Below, one piece after another: positions 50,910 to 62,584 of a stretch of DNA of 64,000 nt. How positions within the stretch are numbered: the first letter of the stretch is position 1; each line of letters opens with the position of its first letter. The notes under the pieces are model-generated. The model made no database searches, had not been told where the DNA came from, and saw nothing but the letters and a program-made list of their open reading frames with translations. The DNA is from Tetramitus jugosus (lineage: Eukaryota > Protista > Heterolobosea): assembly GCA_937625935.1 (NCBI GenBank), contig OW569383.1, positions 248,001 through 312,000 on the forward strand, given 5' to 3'. The translations under genes were made by a program, and so were the position numbers.

Positions 50910-52462
50910 ATGTCATCATTCTTTGCTCATACAAGACCCAAATCAGCTCCTCGAGCGAGTTCACGCAGGTAAGAAAGATTACACGATCATTTCTCTCGCG
51001 TAGAGGTGGATCTTTACACTAAATCCATTTTGTTTTGTTCAGAACGCAACCAACAGGGAGTAATGTAGCTTCTGTTGCCACTCCCGATGGCAGTCTTGGT
51101 TACACGCTTAACAGATCTCATACTCCCACAAATTCTAGCTCTATATCCAAAAAGGCTTCTGGTATGACTGGAAAATACTTCTCCAACAGGCCGCATTCAG
51201 CTACAGCATATGGCTCTCAGCAGGCAGTAGCGAGAAGTCACAAGAACCCGATCGAGGTGAATAGTAGCCTTACTTCATCACAGAGACTGTTTCTGGTGGC
51301 TTCTTCGACCAATAATGACAGTATCGGAGGAGAACAAATCTCGATACATGACCGGAACAATGATCGAAATTTCTCTCATCATTCTTCCTTGCATCGGAGG
51401 TCATCCTTGCGCAACAATGACTACGCACTTCAGAACTCTAGGAAACTTCGAGTTAGTAATAGTGAAGCAAGAAATGCCACAGAACGAGTTAATGCAGAGA
51501 AGAAGGAAATTGTTCAAGTCGAAGGACCTGCTGGAAAGAGAGTCAGTAGCCGTCAGTCTGACAGAGACACTCCATCGAACAATGAGAAAGAAGAGAGTCA
51601 ATTGTCCAAATCGTTGAAACTGTCCATATCTCTTCCAGAAGTACAATCAAAAGTGAGCAATGAATCTGTCATTGAAGAAATTGCACAACACATATCAGAC
51701 TCAATTCATCCCCAAACGAACAACGAAGAAAAGAACGAGAAAGAACTGAAGGAAAAGGAAATTACAAACTCTACCCCTACTAGTACATCAGAAGAGAGTG
51801 GTAGAGGATATGTGCGAACAAATGGATCCATGTTACTTGTCATCAGCAAGTTAGAGATATCTAGTATGATACATAACATGAAGCTTCATTCATTAACCCA
51901 AGTTCACTTTCATAAAGTGCCATTTGCTCATTTCCTTGATGAGCAGCAAGAGTTGACAGCGATTGCGAAACAGCTCTGTGATTCCCTCACTTTAACCCAC
52001 AATTCGATCGATAGTTTAGAACAGATTGAGATGATATGCTCCATTTTCTCACACGTGAAGAGAATTTTCATCTCTGATAATCCAATCTTTACAAATTTGA
52101 AGCGAATACTGAAACCATTTTGTATTTGTCATTTGCCAAACTTGATCGAGTTCAATGGAAGATCCATCCAGAAACAGGACAGACTCAATGCCGAGAAGAT
52201 ATTTAAAAAGAGGCAAGTTGTCATGAGACAACACCCCATTCCTCCTCCCTATCAACCCAAAACTCTCACGACAGCTCATTCATACATCTCCTCAATTTTG
52301 ACCCAAAGTTGCACGATAGATAAGAAAGTCAGAATCATCGAGAATCAATGGGATCAATACTTAGATGATCTCATTTCATCTACACTACGCTCATACGAAT
52401 CTCCAGAGAGCATGCAGAAACACTTGAACGACTTTGTAGAACAGCTAATGGACAAAGTATAA
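50910..52462 (+). CDS. Protein with C-terminal LRR and LRR-cap (resembles the LRRC49 C-terminus); two exons (50910-50968, 51043-52462)
   Basis: GTAAGA...TTCAG intron 50969-51042 supplies the ATG in frame; SLTLTHNSIDSLEQI...ISDNPI...LPNLIEFNGRSIQKQDRLNAEKIF. Confidence 0.7.
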
Positions 52463-52511
52463 AAGTAAGCATTCTAATTGATTGCTGGAATAAATATTTA
52501 GTTAGAATAAG

Positions 52512-55500
52512 TTACGTGCTTGTGCTGCCATTTTCATCTTGCATCTGGTCTTCCGCTGAAGGCTCCGTGGCAATAGCACTAAAGCTGAGTAACATTGCAG
52601 CGTTGTCTTCTTGCACAACTGAAGGCTTGACTTCCGTCTCTTCCTCCTCCTCCTTCTCCATACTGACATCGTCTGATTCATCAGACGCAGCATTGGTGGC
52701 CTCGACCTTATTGTGAGTACCCAAGATATTCAATGCTTCGAACAAAACCTTTTGTCCTTGATCGTCGTCCTCCTCCGTATCACTGGACTTTTGTTTCTTG
52801 ATTTGTTTTGAAGAAACACGCTTCTTTTTGGCTCCGAATCGACCAGAAACGGTTGACTTGATATCATCGTCGTCCTCGTCTGAAAGGGTTTTCAATTTTC
52901 TCTTTTGAACCCGAGGTCCAGGTGCAGCTTGTTCGGCCTCTTTCTTCTTTCTCTCCTTCTTTGGCTTGTCTGCTTTCTTTTCCTTTGGTTCCTTCTTTTT
53001 GCGATCCTTCTTCACGAATCGATCCTTCTTTGACTTGACTTCCCTTAAGGCTCCGAATTCTGACTCCAGAACCTCTTCAGAGTACTTGTCACTGGGAGTA
53101 ATTGTTGACATACTGTCAGTAAAATCAACTTTGGCTGCCTTCAGTCTCAAGTAATGCCTCTTCAGTACATCAGGAGTGTGTAGCGGATGGAAAGACATGC
53201 TGTGATGAGTTAAAATGGTGGCAAAATCAGGCATCTGATCTCCATAAGCGAGGCACTCTTTCTTGAGAACAACCTCTTCTGCTTCACTCCAAGGAATAAA
53301 TACGTTTAGGTTACCTCTCATACGATTCACACTGCCTGTTGTTTGCTTCTTTCCACCCTTCTTCCTGGATAGTTTGTCATGTGTTGAAGATAGAGCGGCA
53401 TCTCCCGAGTTAAACAATGACACAATGATTCTGTCTCCCGTAGCACTTGGAGACATTAACAAGTGAATCTTTGTGTCTTCGTCAACTGAGGATTGATGAG
53501 ACGTAACTGTAGATGGAGCAACAGTCGATGCACTGGTGGTGGATAAAGAGATCGAGGGTCCTGTTGGAGCAGTTGAAATACCATCATCTTGATCAATCTC
53601 TAGCATTTCAGCGTCATCGTCTTCCTCGTCCTGATCCAGATCAAGCATGCGAGCCGATCGATGTGGTACATTCATCACAGGAGCAGTCACATTTGATGGC
53701 GTAGGAGATGATGGCTCCTGCTGTTGTTTCTCTGCAGAAACAAACTCATAGATGCTCTCTTGTTCTTCATAATCATCAAACATCTCTTCTTCGACATATG
53801 AGAATGATGACATGTCATTTGTCACAGAATCACCACTTCTCTTTCCATAGTTAGCATATTGGCGAGCAAACTTTCTATACTCTGCAATGTCCATGGAGGG
53901 AGCGGTCTGTTGTTGAATATCAGCATTCGACACAGCAGCATCACTACCTTGTTGATCTGCAGCGGAAGTCAATGATTGTCTCTGTTGTTGCTTGAGTAGC
54001 ATGGCAGATGGAATCAATTGACCGTGTGGAGAACTTTCCAACAAGGCACTAAACTTGCTGGATGGAGTGTTTGGGAAGGACATGTGAGTGGATAGTCTTC
54101 TTGGAACAGGAGACTCTGCACTCAACAATGGACCATCCACAGCACTATTGTTCAATTGCTCATGTGACAATAAACTGCTACTGCTGCCGCCATTGTTGAT
54201 CAATGAATCCTCCGTATCATCACCTTCATCATCAATCATCATGTCACCGCTGTTGCCTTGCTGCTGTTGATCACCAATCTTCTTCAACAGTGCACTCGGT
54301 GTTGCCGACGACAGAGAAAACGATGATATGGAAACATTGGCCGACGAAGGTGAATGCACTGAAAAGGTGCTTGTGCTTGAGGCAGTACCACTACCCACAC
54401 CCATCGCACCAAGCATGCTCGATGAACCAGACGAAGAAGAGTTCTTTGCGACGACACTCGCTTCAATCTCTCTCTTTCGTTGAAAGAATCGATGTCTGCA
54501 CTGAATATCCGTTCGACCGGGAATCGTTTCTGCAACCTTTGTCCACGCACTCTCACCAAACTCTTGCACCAATGAGAACAACAAATCGTCTTCCTCTGGT
54601 GTCCAATCACCCTTGATAATTCTCGGATTGGACACTCGATGCCACCTCTGATTGCACTGATCTGCTGTAAAGTGACCTCCAATCTCCGATGCAATTCTCT
54701 TCCAGTTTCTTGGTCCGTACTTGAGAACGGCTTCTCTCAGTGCACGATTCTGAGCTTCTGTCCATCGTTTACACGTCTTTGAACGAACTCTGTTTCCACT
54801 GCTGCTACTGCCAGTAGGGGTACCACCTGGAGAGGTCGCTCCACTACTGGAGGAAGTAGGCGTAGAAGCGGAAGCTGACGAAGATGATGATTTGGATTTT
54901 TTGGATTTCTTGTCATTTGAGCTCGATGTAGGTGTATTAGGAGGAAGTTCAGAATGGTCAGCAACGACTGATGCTTGTTCTTGTTGCAATGGAGAAGTCA
55001 CAGTCGCTGATGTTGTTTTTTTGGCAATGAAAATATCATTACTACCAGTGGCAGCAGCAGCAGTAGTAGCAGTAGTGGGTGAAGTACTTGTCGAGTTTAG
55101 TGATGCAGTTGTTGTTGTATTGGTAGTGGATGATGCAGATACGACGGATGGATGAAGTGCAATGTTGAGTCCACCACGTGGAGATTGTTGAAGGTGAGAG
55201 TGATGTGAGTCAGTTGTTGTTGTTGTTGATGATGATGATGATAGAGGTGGTGGAGTGACTGTCGTAGTAGTAGTAGCTGTGGAAGCAGCTAACGATGGAT
55301 TCATCATGGCCAAGTTGGGATTCGCAGGAAATTTAATGTTACCAATCACAATGGTGCCTCCTGGTACACTGGCAACACCTGTTGTTGTAGTAGTAGTAGT
55401 AGCTGTGTTGTTGGTGGTGGTGGTGGTGGTTGGTAAGGTTGATGATGATGTTGAAGCTTGTTGTTGCTGTTGTTGAAGTGCATTCAAGTTTGAGTTGACG

Positions 55501-56045
55501 CGAACAGTGAATTGAGCAGCACCACTGAGTCTTTGTGTTGTAGTTGTTGTGGTGGTGGTGGCTGTGGTGGTTGGTGGTGATGGTGATTGATGAGAGCTAC
55601 TGTCATGTTGCTGTTGTTGTAGGATTGGTGGAGATGATGATGATGACTTGTTTGCTAACATTGGTTGCTGTTGACTCTGCATAGCTCTTGCTACAGCGAC
55701 AGCTTGCAGTTGCTGAGAGCTCAACATGGTTGCAGAGGAGTTTTGTTGTTGCTGTTGTTGTTGTTGTTGATATTGTAAAGGAGTTTGCATATTGTTGTAA
55801 ATGTTGCCGTTTGTTGTTGTTGTGTACTGTAGTGAAGCTACAGTGTTTGGAGAGAGAGTTGCTGACAATAGTTGTTGTTGTTGATTGGAAGGAAAATTGA
55901 AATAATTGGATAAATTGGCGTCTTCATCCGACTCTAGCGATATATCAGCCAGTTGACTGTTGGACAATAAGACTTGATTTGTTGTTGTTGTTGTTGTTGA
56001 TTGTGTTGGTGGTTGTTGTTGGAATGGATAGTTGTTGTTACTCAT
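52512..56045 (-). CDS. Myb-domain transcription factor (two tandem Myb repeats; Q/T/S-rich)
   Basis: RWTEAQNRALREAVLKYGPRNWKRIA...QCNQRW; KGDWTPEEDDLL...WTKVAETIPGRTDIQCRHRF. Confidence 0.92.
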   Translation of the reverse strand: MSNNNYPFQQQPPTQSTTTTTTNQVLLSNSQLADISLESDEDANLSNYFNFPSNQQQQLLSATLSPNTVASLQYTTTTNGNIYNNMQTPLQYQQQQQQQQQNSSATMLSSQQLQAVAVARAMQSQQQPMLANKSSSSSPPILQQQQHDSSSHQSPSPPTTTATTTTTTTTQRLSGAAQFTVRVNSNLNALQQQQQQASTSSSTLPTTTTTTNNTATTTTTTTGVASVPGGTIVIGNIKFPANPNLAMMNPSLAASTATTTTTVTPPPLSSSSSTTTTTDSHHSHLQQSPRGGLNIALHPSVVSASSTTNTTTTASLNSTSTSPTTATTAAAATGSNDIFIAKKTTSATVTSPLQQEQASVVADHSELPPNTPTSSSNDKKSKKSKSSSSSASASTPTSSSSGATSPGGTPTGSSSSGNRVRSKTCKRWTEAQNRALREAVLKYGPRNWKRIASEIGGHFTADQCNQRWHRVSNPRIIKGDWTPEEDDLLFSLVQEFGESAWTKVAETIPGRTDIQCRHRFFQRKREIEASVVAKNSSSSGSSSMLGAMGVGSGTASSTSTFSVHSPSSANVSISSFSLSSATPSALLKKIGDQQQQGNSGDMMIDDEGDDTEDSLINNGGSSSSLLSHEQLNNSAVDGPLLSAESPVPRRLSTHMSFPNTPSSKFSALLESSPHGQLIPSAMLLKQQQRQSLTSAADQQGSDAAVSNADIQQQTAPSMDIAEYRKFARQYANYGKRSGDSVTNDMSSFSYVEEEMFDDYEEQESIYEFVSAEKQQQEPSSPTPSNVTAPVMNVPHRSARMLDLDQDEEDDDAEMLEIDQDDGISTAPTGPSISLSTTSASTVAPSTVTSHQSSVDEDTKIHLLMSPSATGDRIIVSLFNSGDAALSSTHDKLSRKKGGKKQTTGSVNRMRGNLNVFIPWSEAEEVVLKKECLAYGDQMPDFATILTHHSMSFHPLHTPDVLKRHYLRLKAAKVDFTDSMSTITPSDKYSEEVLESEFGALREVKSKKDRFVKKDRKKKEPKEKKADKPKKERKKKEAEQAAPGPRVQKRKLKTLSDEDDDDIKSTVSGRFGAKKKRVSSKQIKKQKSSDTEEDDDQGQKVLFEALNILGTHNKVEATNAASDESDDVSMEKEEEEETEVKPSVVQEDNAAMLLSFSAIATEPSAEDQMQDENGSTST

Positions 56046-56910
56046 TTTTGATCACTTGTGAAAATACGTACGATTATGGTTCCAAATGAACAATAGTCAA
56101 TGAGATACTTTTGTTTGAAGTTGTTGTTGTTGTTGTTGAAAACTCAGTGAGTGTTTCTGTTGTTGAACCAATAGTTGATAGTGCACTGTGAGTTTGATGA
56201 TGATTTTTTTGTCGTAGTTGATTTGTAGAAGCAAAAAGGTCTACAACAGAAAGAACAACGTTTTTTGTTTTGCGTGTGCAAGAAACTCTCTGACAAGTGA
56301 CCGGTTTTGACACATTTACAACAGGAATTGTTTGTTTATGGATTTACAATAAAGAATTCGATCTGTTTCTCCGAAACGGAGATTCGCGTATTTTGTCTCG
56401 ACAAGGCATTCCACCAGGGAAGACCAGGTTTGGCAAGGACCCCCAAAGCTACATCCGATCACTATTTCTGCGCTCAGAGGTTGCGTTTTGGACAAAAGGT
56501 TTCGTTACTCTTCAAAGCCCCGTCCTCTTCTTGGACAGGTTAACCATCACTAGCTATCGTTGCAACACGCGGATCAAGACTCAGTTCCATTTTACATTCT
56601 CACCCCTAAAAACGAAACAAAAACCATTCAACAAAAATTGCTTGTCTTGCTGATCCTGTGGACAACCGGTTTGGAAAAGATAATATAGTTCGCCCGACCC
56701 TTTCACATATTTTTTGTGTTGGAGAGACAGAACCCTTGAGGAGATCCACAATTTCAAAGGCTTTTCTATCTTTACAAAAAACCAACAACATTTTCAATTT
56801 CGTTTCCAAAAAAGAACTGTATTAGTTGCGAACTTTGACTCTTGTGGCCACAATTTCTCTCAAGATTTCTCGTGTGCAGTTGAACAAGACGGAGACATTT
56901 AGCTTATTGG

Positions 56911-58230
56911 ATGGGACCAATGAGCGAGAGCAACAACAACATCAATAATAATTATACCAAAACCAATCGGGGGAATAGCACTGGTTACGAAAGCAACACA
57001 ACAAGATCCACGACAAGTCAGTCTTCATCTACCAATACAACCAGTTCTACAACCACGACTGGCAACAATAACACCAGCACTGGCAGTGCAAAGAGATGGT
57101 ACTTTTATTCGTTTGAAAAAGAGTCCAGAGAGAAGGCGCGACGGGAGAAATCAATGGCGCCAAACGAAGAAATTTTAGCTTTTGATACCCCACTTACGGC
57201 ATCGAGTGCAGCTTCTAGGGAGGCACACTTGCAACACTCTTCCAACCTTGTTTCTAACAGAGGCAGCAGTGGTGAATTTCATTTGAAGAGAAAGAAACTG
57301 GAAGATATTGTTGCTCAGACGCAGCAACAACATCCTGCTATTGTGACTGCTACAGCAACAGCAGCACCATTACTGAATAAGAGCCAGGTAGGTCAACAGA
57401 GTAGCTCTAGTAGTCAGAGTCAACCATGGTATCCACGATCACGACCACAGGCCACTGTTCAGCAGGAGAGCAATATTCATTATCAAAACAACAATAACAA
57501 AGTAAGTAGATTTGAAATCTTTCGTGACAATCTAGGTGGAATGACGAGTGAGAATGATAGGAACAGACGCAACAACCAGCATTGCAGTAGCGCAAGTAGT
57601 GTCGGTAGTCGCACAAAGCAGAACATTATGAGCTCTACTCCTCATTTGGAAACTGTTGTTGCGACGACTTCGAGCATTGCTTCTAGCACTGCTACTGCTG
57701 CTGCTGCTGTTATCAGTCCTACCTTTTTCTTTGCTGCTCCTTCGGATCAACCATCAAATATACCTTCTCTTTCTAATTCAACGATAACACAGTCAACCTC
57801 TGCATTCAAGCAAACTGTCTCTACAATTGATATTGCAAGTGATGAGAGTGATGATCTCGAAGCCACAAAGCCCAATAACGACAATAACAGAACAAAGGTT
57901 ATTCCTGCCGGTGAGCTCACATCAAGCCAACAACAAGACAACCAATCTGGTTTTGTTTTGTCGCCAGCACTCTCATTATCCTCATCTCACATCGAAGCTC
58001 AAAACCAGAGCAACAGCAACAGCACCTCAGCATCACAGCATCATCATCTTCATGAACTTTCAACGCCTTTATCTTCTCCTCGCTCAACTGATCAACAACA
58101 ATTGGTGGATCATCTTGCAGAGATTGAAAGGAAAAGAGTGGTTTGTCAGCGAATAGCAATTCCACAGCTATTGAACCCTGTCACACCAAAGGAACAGAAA
58201 GACGAACTCCCTCCAGAAAATGAAGAGTAA
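56911..58230 (+). CDS. Low-complexity, probably disordered protein
   Basis: 439-aa S/T/N/Q-rich ORF; short C-terminal motif RIAIPQLLNP. Confidence 0.65.
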   Translation: MGPMSESNNNINNNYTKTNRGNSTGYESNTTRSTTSQSSSTNTTSSTTTTGNNNTSTGSAKRWYFYSFEKESREKARREKSMAPNEEILAFDTPLTASSAASREAHLQHSSNLVSNRGSSGEFHLKRKKLEDIVAQTQQQHPAIVTATATAAPLLNKSQVGQQSSSSSQSQPWYPRSRPQATVQQESNIHYQNNNNKVSRFEIFRDNLGGMTSENDRNRRNNQHCSSASSVGSRTKQNIMSSTPHLETVVATTSSIASSTATAAAAVISPTFFFAAPSDQPSNIPSLSNSTITQSTSAFKQTVSTIDIASDESDDLEATKPNNDNNRTKVIPAGELTSSQQQDNQSGFVLSPALSLSSSHIEAQNQSNSNSTSASQHHHLHELSTPLSSPRSTDQQQLVDHLAEIERKRVVCQRIAIPQLLNPVTPKEQKDELPPENEE

Positions 58231-58429
58231 GGTCATTTGCGCGCCAAAAATTTTGGTGTAACGGCCACATGACAAAACAATTTTTGACACTTGCTTTTCC
58301 ACAGGAACTCTCCTTGTCACACAATCAACACGAAAGTCAGACTCGAAGAATCCAAGGTCCATTCACATTCATTGCCATTAAAAAAACGCTCAGCGTACAC
58401 TACCTTGTTGTTGTTTGTTGTTGCATGAT

Positions 58430-59866
58430 ATGCGAGAGATTATTTCCATTCATATCGGACAAGCAGGCATGTTTTTTGATCATGAATCGTTCATGCGATC
58501 ATTTATTGACTGACATTCCAAATTTTTGTTGTAATTATTTTCGGATGAAGGAGTTCGCATGGGAGAGGAGATTTGGCGATTGTATTGCGCGGAGCATGGA
58601 ATACAGTTTGACGGCACGATTAGTGACAAGTTTGGTACTGATGACACTATTGTTCAGTCATCAGCTAATATATTCTCTGAATACCAATCAAAATGCTATA
58701 TTCCAAATTGTGTCATGCTGGACAGCGAAGACTCTTCTATTGAGCATGTTCGCTCGGGTGAACTGCGTGGCTTGTTCAATATGAAGAATTTGATAAGTAC
58801 GGGCACTGAATCCCTTGGAAGTTTTTCTAAAGCTTATTATTGTCCAATGCGCAAGAGTCAGGTGAGTCAGTGTATTGAGAGAATACAATTGATGACTGAT
58901 GGAATTTCAGAGCTGCAAGGATTTATGATATTTCACTCGATGGGTGGTGGATCAGGATCAGGATTAACTTCTTTATTGTTGGAGGAGTTGTCGATCGAGT
59001 TTCCAAAGAAGATTATTGCGAATATTGCTGTCCATCCTTCCCGACATCCATCACCTTGTATTATTGAACCTTACAATAGTGTTTTATGCACGAGAGAAGT
59101 AATAGATTACTGTGATGCGTCATACACGATGGACAATCATGCTTTGAGTGAGATATGTCGTCAAGTATATCGTACTGATGGCTCAGATATGCATCGGTTG
59201 AATAGATTAATTGCGCAATCTACTTCAGACGTCACTTGCCCTCTTAGATATAGCAATTTTCAGATGGAGCAGCTCTATAGCAATCTTTCACCATATCCAA
59301 GACTGCACTTCTTGTTGACATCAGGTCGAAGGGCTCCTAACACTGCTCATCACAATATTGATCTAATAACAAAGAAGATACTGAGTGGGCATCTCGTTCA
59401 AGCGACCTGCATCCCAAGTCGTGGCATCTATACCTCTTATTGTTTACAATACAGAGGATCATCCGTGAATTTCAATCAAATCAATCGCGCAATTACTCAG
59501 TCAAAGGATATCATTCCCTTTACTCGCTATTCTCCCTCTAACATTCAAGTGTTAGTCAATCCTAAAGCACCACCGTCACACGGTCAAAACCTAACAGACA
59601 TCAATTGTGATGATTCCGGACTTAGTACCTCTTCCTCTCCTAATCCTCAACTCGCATCTAAAAACGCTGTATCTCTCAGTGCCACATCGAATTGTTCATC
59701 GATACGTCATGTGTTATCACGAAATCGACGGAATGTTGATCTCATGCTGCAGAAGAAAGCGTTCGTGCATTGGTTTACAGTCGATGGAATGGAGGAAAGT
59801 GAGCTCGCAGATTGTCGTGAGACAGTCTTTCGGATTGAGCAGGAATACAGAGATCTCGAGTCCTAG
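58430..59866 (+). CDS. Highly divergent alpha-tubulin-like protein; two exons (58430-58466, 58551-59866) joined by a GC-AG intron
   Basis: MREIISIHIGQA|GVRMGEEIWRLYCAEHGI; LQGFMIFHSMGGGSGSG; IEPYNSVL; NLSPYPRLHF; KKAFVHWF..DGMEE. Confidence 0.9.
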
Positions 59867-59919
59867 GAGTACCCGTGTTCGCTATTATTCTCCGACTCTA
59901 TCACGACCGTTAGCATTTT

Positions 59920-62076
59920 ATGCCTTTCAGGAAACTACGAATCGGTATGAAGCAAAGATTATCTCCTATTCGATCCAACTCTCAGATAACTACGACTGAT
60001 CACTCAACAGACGCCACTGGAGTGAACAATAATCGAATGACATCTTCAAGAGCTTCCACATCTAGGTCCCTCTCTAAAACGAGTAGAAATTCGAGTCGAA
60101 AGAGCTCTCATTCAACAACAACAACAACTTGTTCTTCATCTTCAGGTAGTGCTGTGAATGGTAGTGGTGGAGGTAGCTCGAATGCATGGATGAGAAGTCA
60201 TCCGTTAGAGGGTGATGGCGTACTGGTCAACTTTTTCCATTTTCTATTCAAGAAGAACAAGGATTTGATGGGTTGTCCCGTGAGGATACCGCAAACAATT
60301 GTGTATGAACACAACTTTCCTAGAGATTGGTTTACTTATGATGAGAAGACACAGGAGATTCGAAAAACATCGGGCAAGGACCTGGATACCAAAAGAATAG
60401 CAGTGGAGTTTACCAGAGGTCAAGGTATAGATGGTGATAGTAGTGGAGCCAGTACGACCATACACAATGAAAACACATCTAGTTCCTTGGATAATAATTT
60501 GATTCATAACAATGATTTTGAGCAAGAAATTGGGAACACAGAGATTGTAGCATCGTACTTGTCTCAAACTGAAGACGCATCTGGACAACTAGCTACAATA
60601 GTCGAGTTTTTTGATAAACAGGGGCTGGACGAGTTCTTGTATAAGCGATCAAGGAGAGAGTACGGAATATTGCAACAGTTTATTCCTCCAAAGGGAGCAT
60701 ACAACTCCACTGTGCAGGCGATATGGTCACCGCATGTGATACGAGTAGAGCGAAGAAGTAATGCATTCAAACTAATCGATAATAGGAGAAAACAACGTGT
60801 TTCGAACTTTGAGAGATCTGTGACATATGAGGGTCCAGCTCACTATAGCACGCAAGTACTGTGTGCTCCACAGTTGAAGAAGGAAGTCAGCGAAATTTGT
60901 GAAAATATTGTCAACCATTTCTATTCGACAGAGCACAGGAGAATAACCAGAATGGTGCTGTACTTTAAAGTTGATGCACTCAATAGAGTTTGGCTTCTAT
61001 GGTCCTCCTGTATTCGTGTTAAATCGAGCCATGCTACAAATAATGCGGTTATAAATGGATTAGTGGCGAACGAGTTAAACCTTGCTCCTAGGTTTTTACC
61101 TCCGAACTCTGAAATGAATGATCATGGTCTTTTTGATCAGGTTTCTAAACCACAGTGGACAAAGAGTAATAACTATTCGAACTTAAAATTGGAAGAGCTA
61201 GTTGATTCTTCTATACATATACCGAGAGTGAATACACCACCAACTCCGAACAAGTGCTTTATCTGTGGTTTGCCACTTAAGAGTCGAAGAACTTTATCAC
61301 CAATCATTAGACATAATGATCTCAATAGAGCATCCTTCGTAGCAGTCGAAACTACATCAATGTTAGATTCCCAAAAGAGAGAAGAAAAGATACATGTTCC
61401 CGATACAGATGAGATACGATCTCTTTTAATGCTGGTAGAGGAACTGGAGGACCTAAGTTATGCATGTCATTCACACTTCCTGGATGAGTGTAATAATTTT
61501 CGTTTTATAATGCCTCTCAATATTCAAGAAGCACGAGAGAACCAGAATGACATAATAATTCATTATTGGCAAACATTTGAACAAAGATTAGGGATAAGAA
61601 GTGGAGGGGATTCTGATCACTGTCTCTATATCTCTCCTACGAACAATATCAAGCTCCAAAAGTCATTTGCCCAGGTTATAAAGGACATTCAGGCTCACAT
61701 TGAGGAGAAGCGTCAGGAGTTGCTTCCACCACGAGAGAGCGATATCAACCCAATTAACATGACACCAGATTCAAGAGCAAGACTCAATCAATCACCGCAG
61801 TTATCTCCTTCCACACCTAAGCGACATCAAGGAAGGCAGTTATGTGATTTGTGCTCAGTTGCTTCACCAAGGACCTCTTTCCGGTCTCGACGATTCTCAG
61901 TATCTTCAGATTTGAACAGATCAAGCACTAGAAGTGATGATAGCTCGATTGTACTCCACAATCGACCTCATTCTGTCGTCCAACTTAGAAGTTCTTCAAC
62001 TGATTCAAGGAGGAGTCGCTCTAGCAGCGTGTTTGAATCTCATGGAGAGTTGCCTTCCATTAATCGAAGGTTGTGA
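59920..62076 (+). CDS. Uncharacterised protein with a conserved-looking central domain
   Basis: 718-aa ORF; globular core GILQQFIPPKGAYNS...ITRMVLYFKVDALNRVWLLWSSCIR flanked by Ser-rich tails; start codon uncertain. Confidence 0.75.
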   Translation: MPFRKLRIGMKQRLSPIRSNSQITTTDHSTDATGVNNNRMTSSRASTSRSLSKTSRNSSRKSSHSTTTTTCSSSSGSAVNGSGGGSSNAWMRSHPLEGDGVLVNFFHFLFKKNKDLMGCPVRIPQTIVYEHNFPRDWFTYDEKTQEIRKTSGKDLDTKRIAVEFTRGQGIDGDSSGASTTIHNENTSSSLDNNLIHNNDFEQEIGNTEIVASYLSQTEDASGQLATIVEFFDKQGLDEFLYKRSRREYGILQQFIPPKGAYNSTVQAIWSPHVIRVERRSNAFKLIDNRRKQRVSNFERSVTYEGPAHYSTQVLCAPQLKKEVSEICENIVNHFYSTEHRRITRMVLYFKVDALNRVWLLWSSCIRVKSSHATNNAVINGLVANELNLAPRFLPPNSEMNDHGLFDQVSKPQWTKSNNYSNLKLEELVDSSIHIPRVNTPPTPNKCFICGLPLKSRRTLSPIIRHNDLNRASFVAVETTSMLDSQKREEKIHVPDTDEIRSLLMLVEELEDLSYACHSHFLDECNNFRFIMPLNIQEARENQNDIIIHYWQTFEQRLGIRSGGDSDHCLYISPTNNIKLQKSFAQVIKDIQAHIEEKRQELLPPRESDINPINMTPDSRARLNQSPQLSPSTPKRHQGRQLCDLCSVASPRTSFRSRRFSVSSDLNRSSTRSDDSSIVLHNRPHSVVQLRSSSTDSRRSRSSSVFESHGELPSINRRL

Positions 62077-62228
62077 CATGGTGCTTTTATTTGTCAGTCA
62101 GTGTTTCACTGTCTGACATTCGTAATTACAAATAATACACACCGCATCATTTTTACACAAGGGAGCAAACAAATGACTCTAGAGTTATTCGAGCTTGGAA
62201 TGTTAGTTCATCGTTGATGAATTCTTTG

Positions 62229-62477
62229 TTATTTTGTTGATTCTGGGTTCCCAATTGGCTCTTCAGATTGCGTGTTGTGCTCTGGATGATTCTTGAGGCG
62301 GAAAGGTGGTTTCTGACCTGCTTTCACGGCAAAGTAGTTGGCTGACCACTTGTAGAGGTCTTCCGGAGATGGTTGAGCTCGGATTGCATCCTTCGTAAAT
62401 ATCTTGATGATCGATCCTAGATCTTGAGGAATAGCGATCTGTTCCGAACAATACAGAATCTCACTCTTCAGAGGCAT
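62229..62477 (-). CDS. Ropporin-1-like / radial spoke protein 11 (RIIa dimerisation-docking domain)
   Basis: YCSEQIAIPQDLGSIIKIFTKDAIRAQP..DLYKWSANYF. Confidence 0.85.
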   Translation of the reverse strand: MPLKSEILYCSEQIAIPQDLGSIIKIFTKDAIRAQPSPEDLYKWSANYFAVKAGQKPPFRLKNHPEHNTQSEEPIGNPESTK

Positions 62478-62584
62478 TTATGAATCGGTTGGTACTGTGT
62501 TTCTCAGAAAAAGCTTTGAGCTGCATTTGCAACCAGTTTATCGTTAATCAAATTGGCGCGCACTCCCGGAGAATCATAAAGAAA

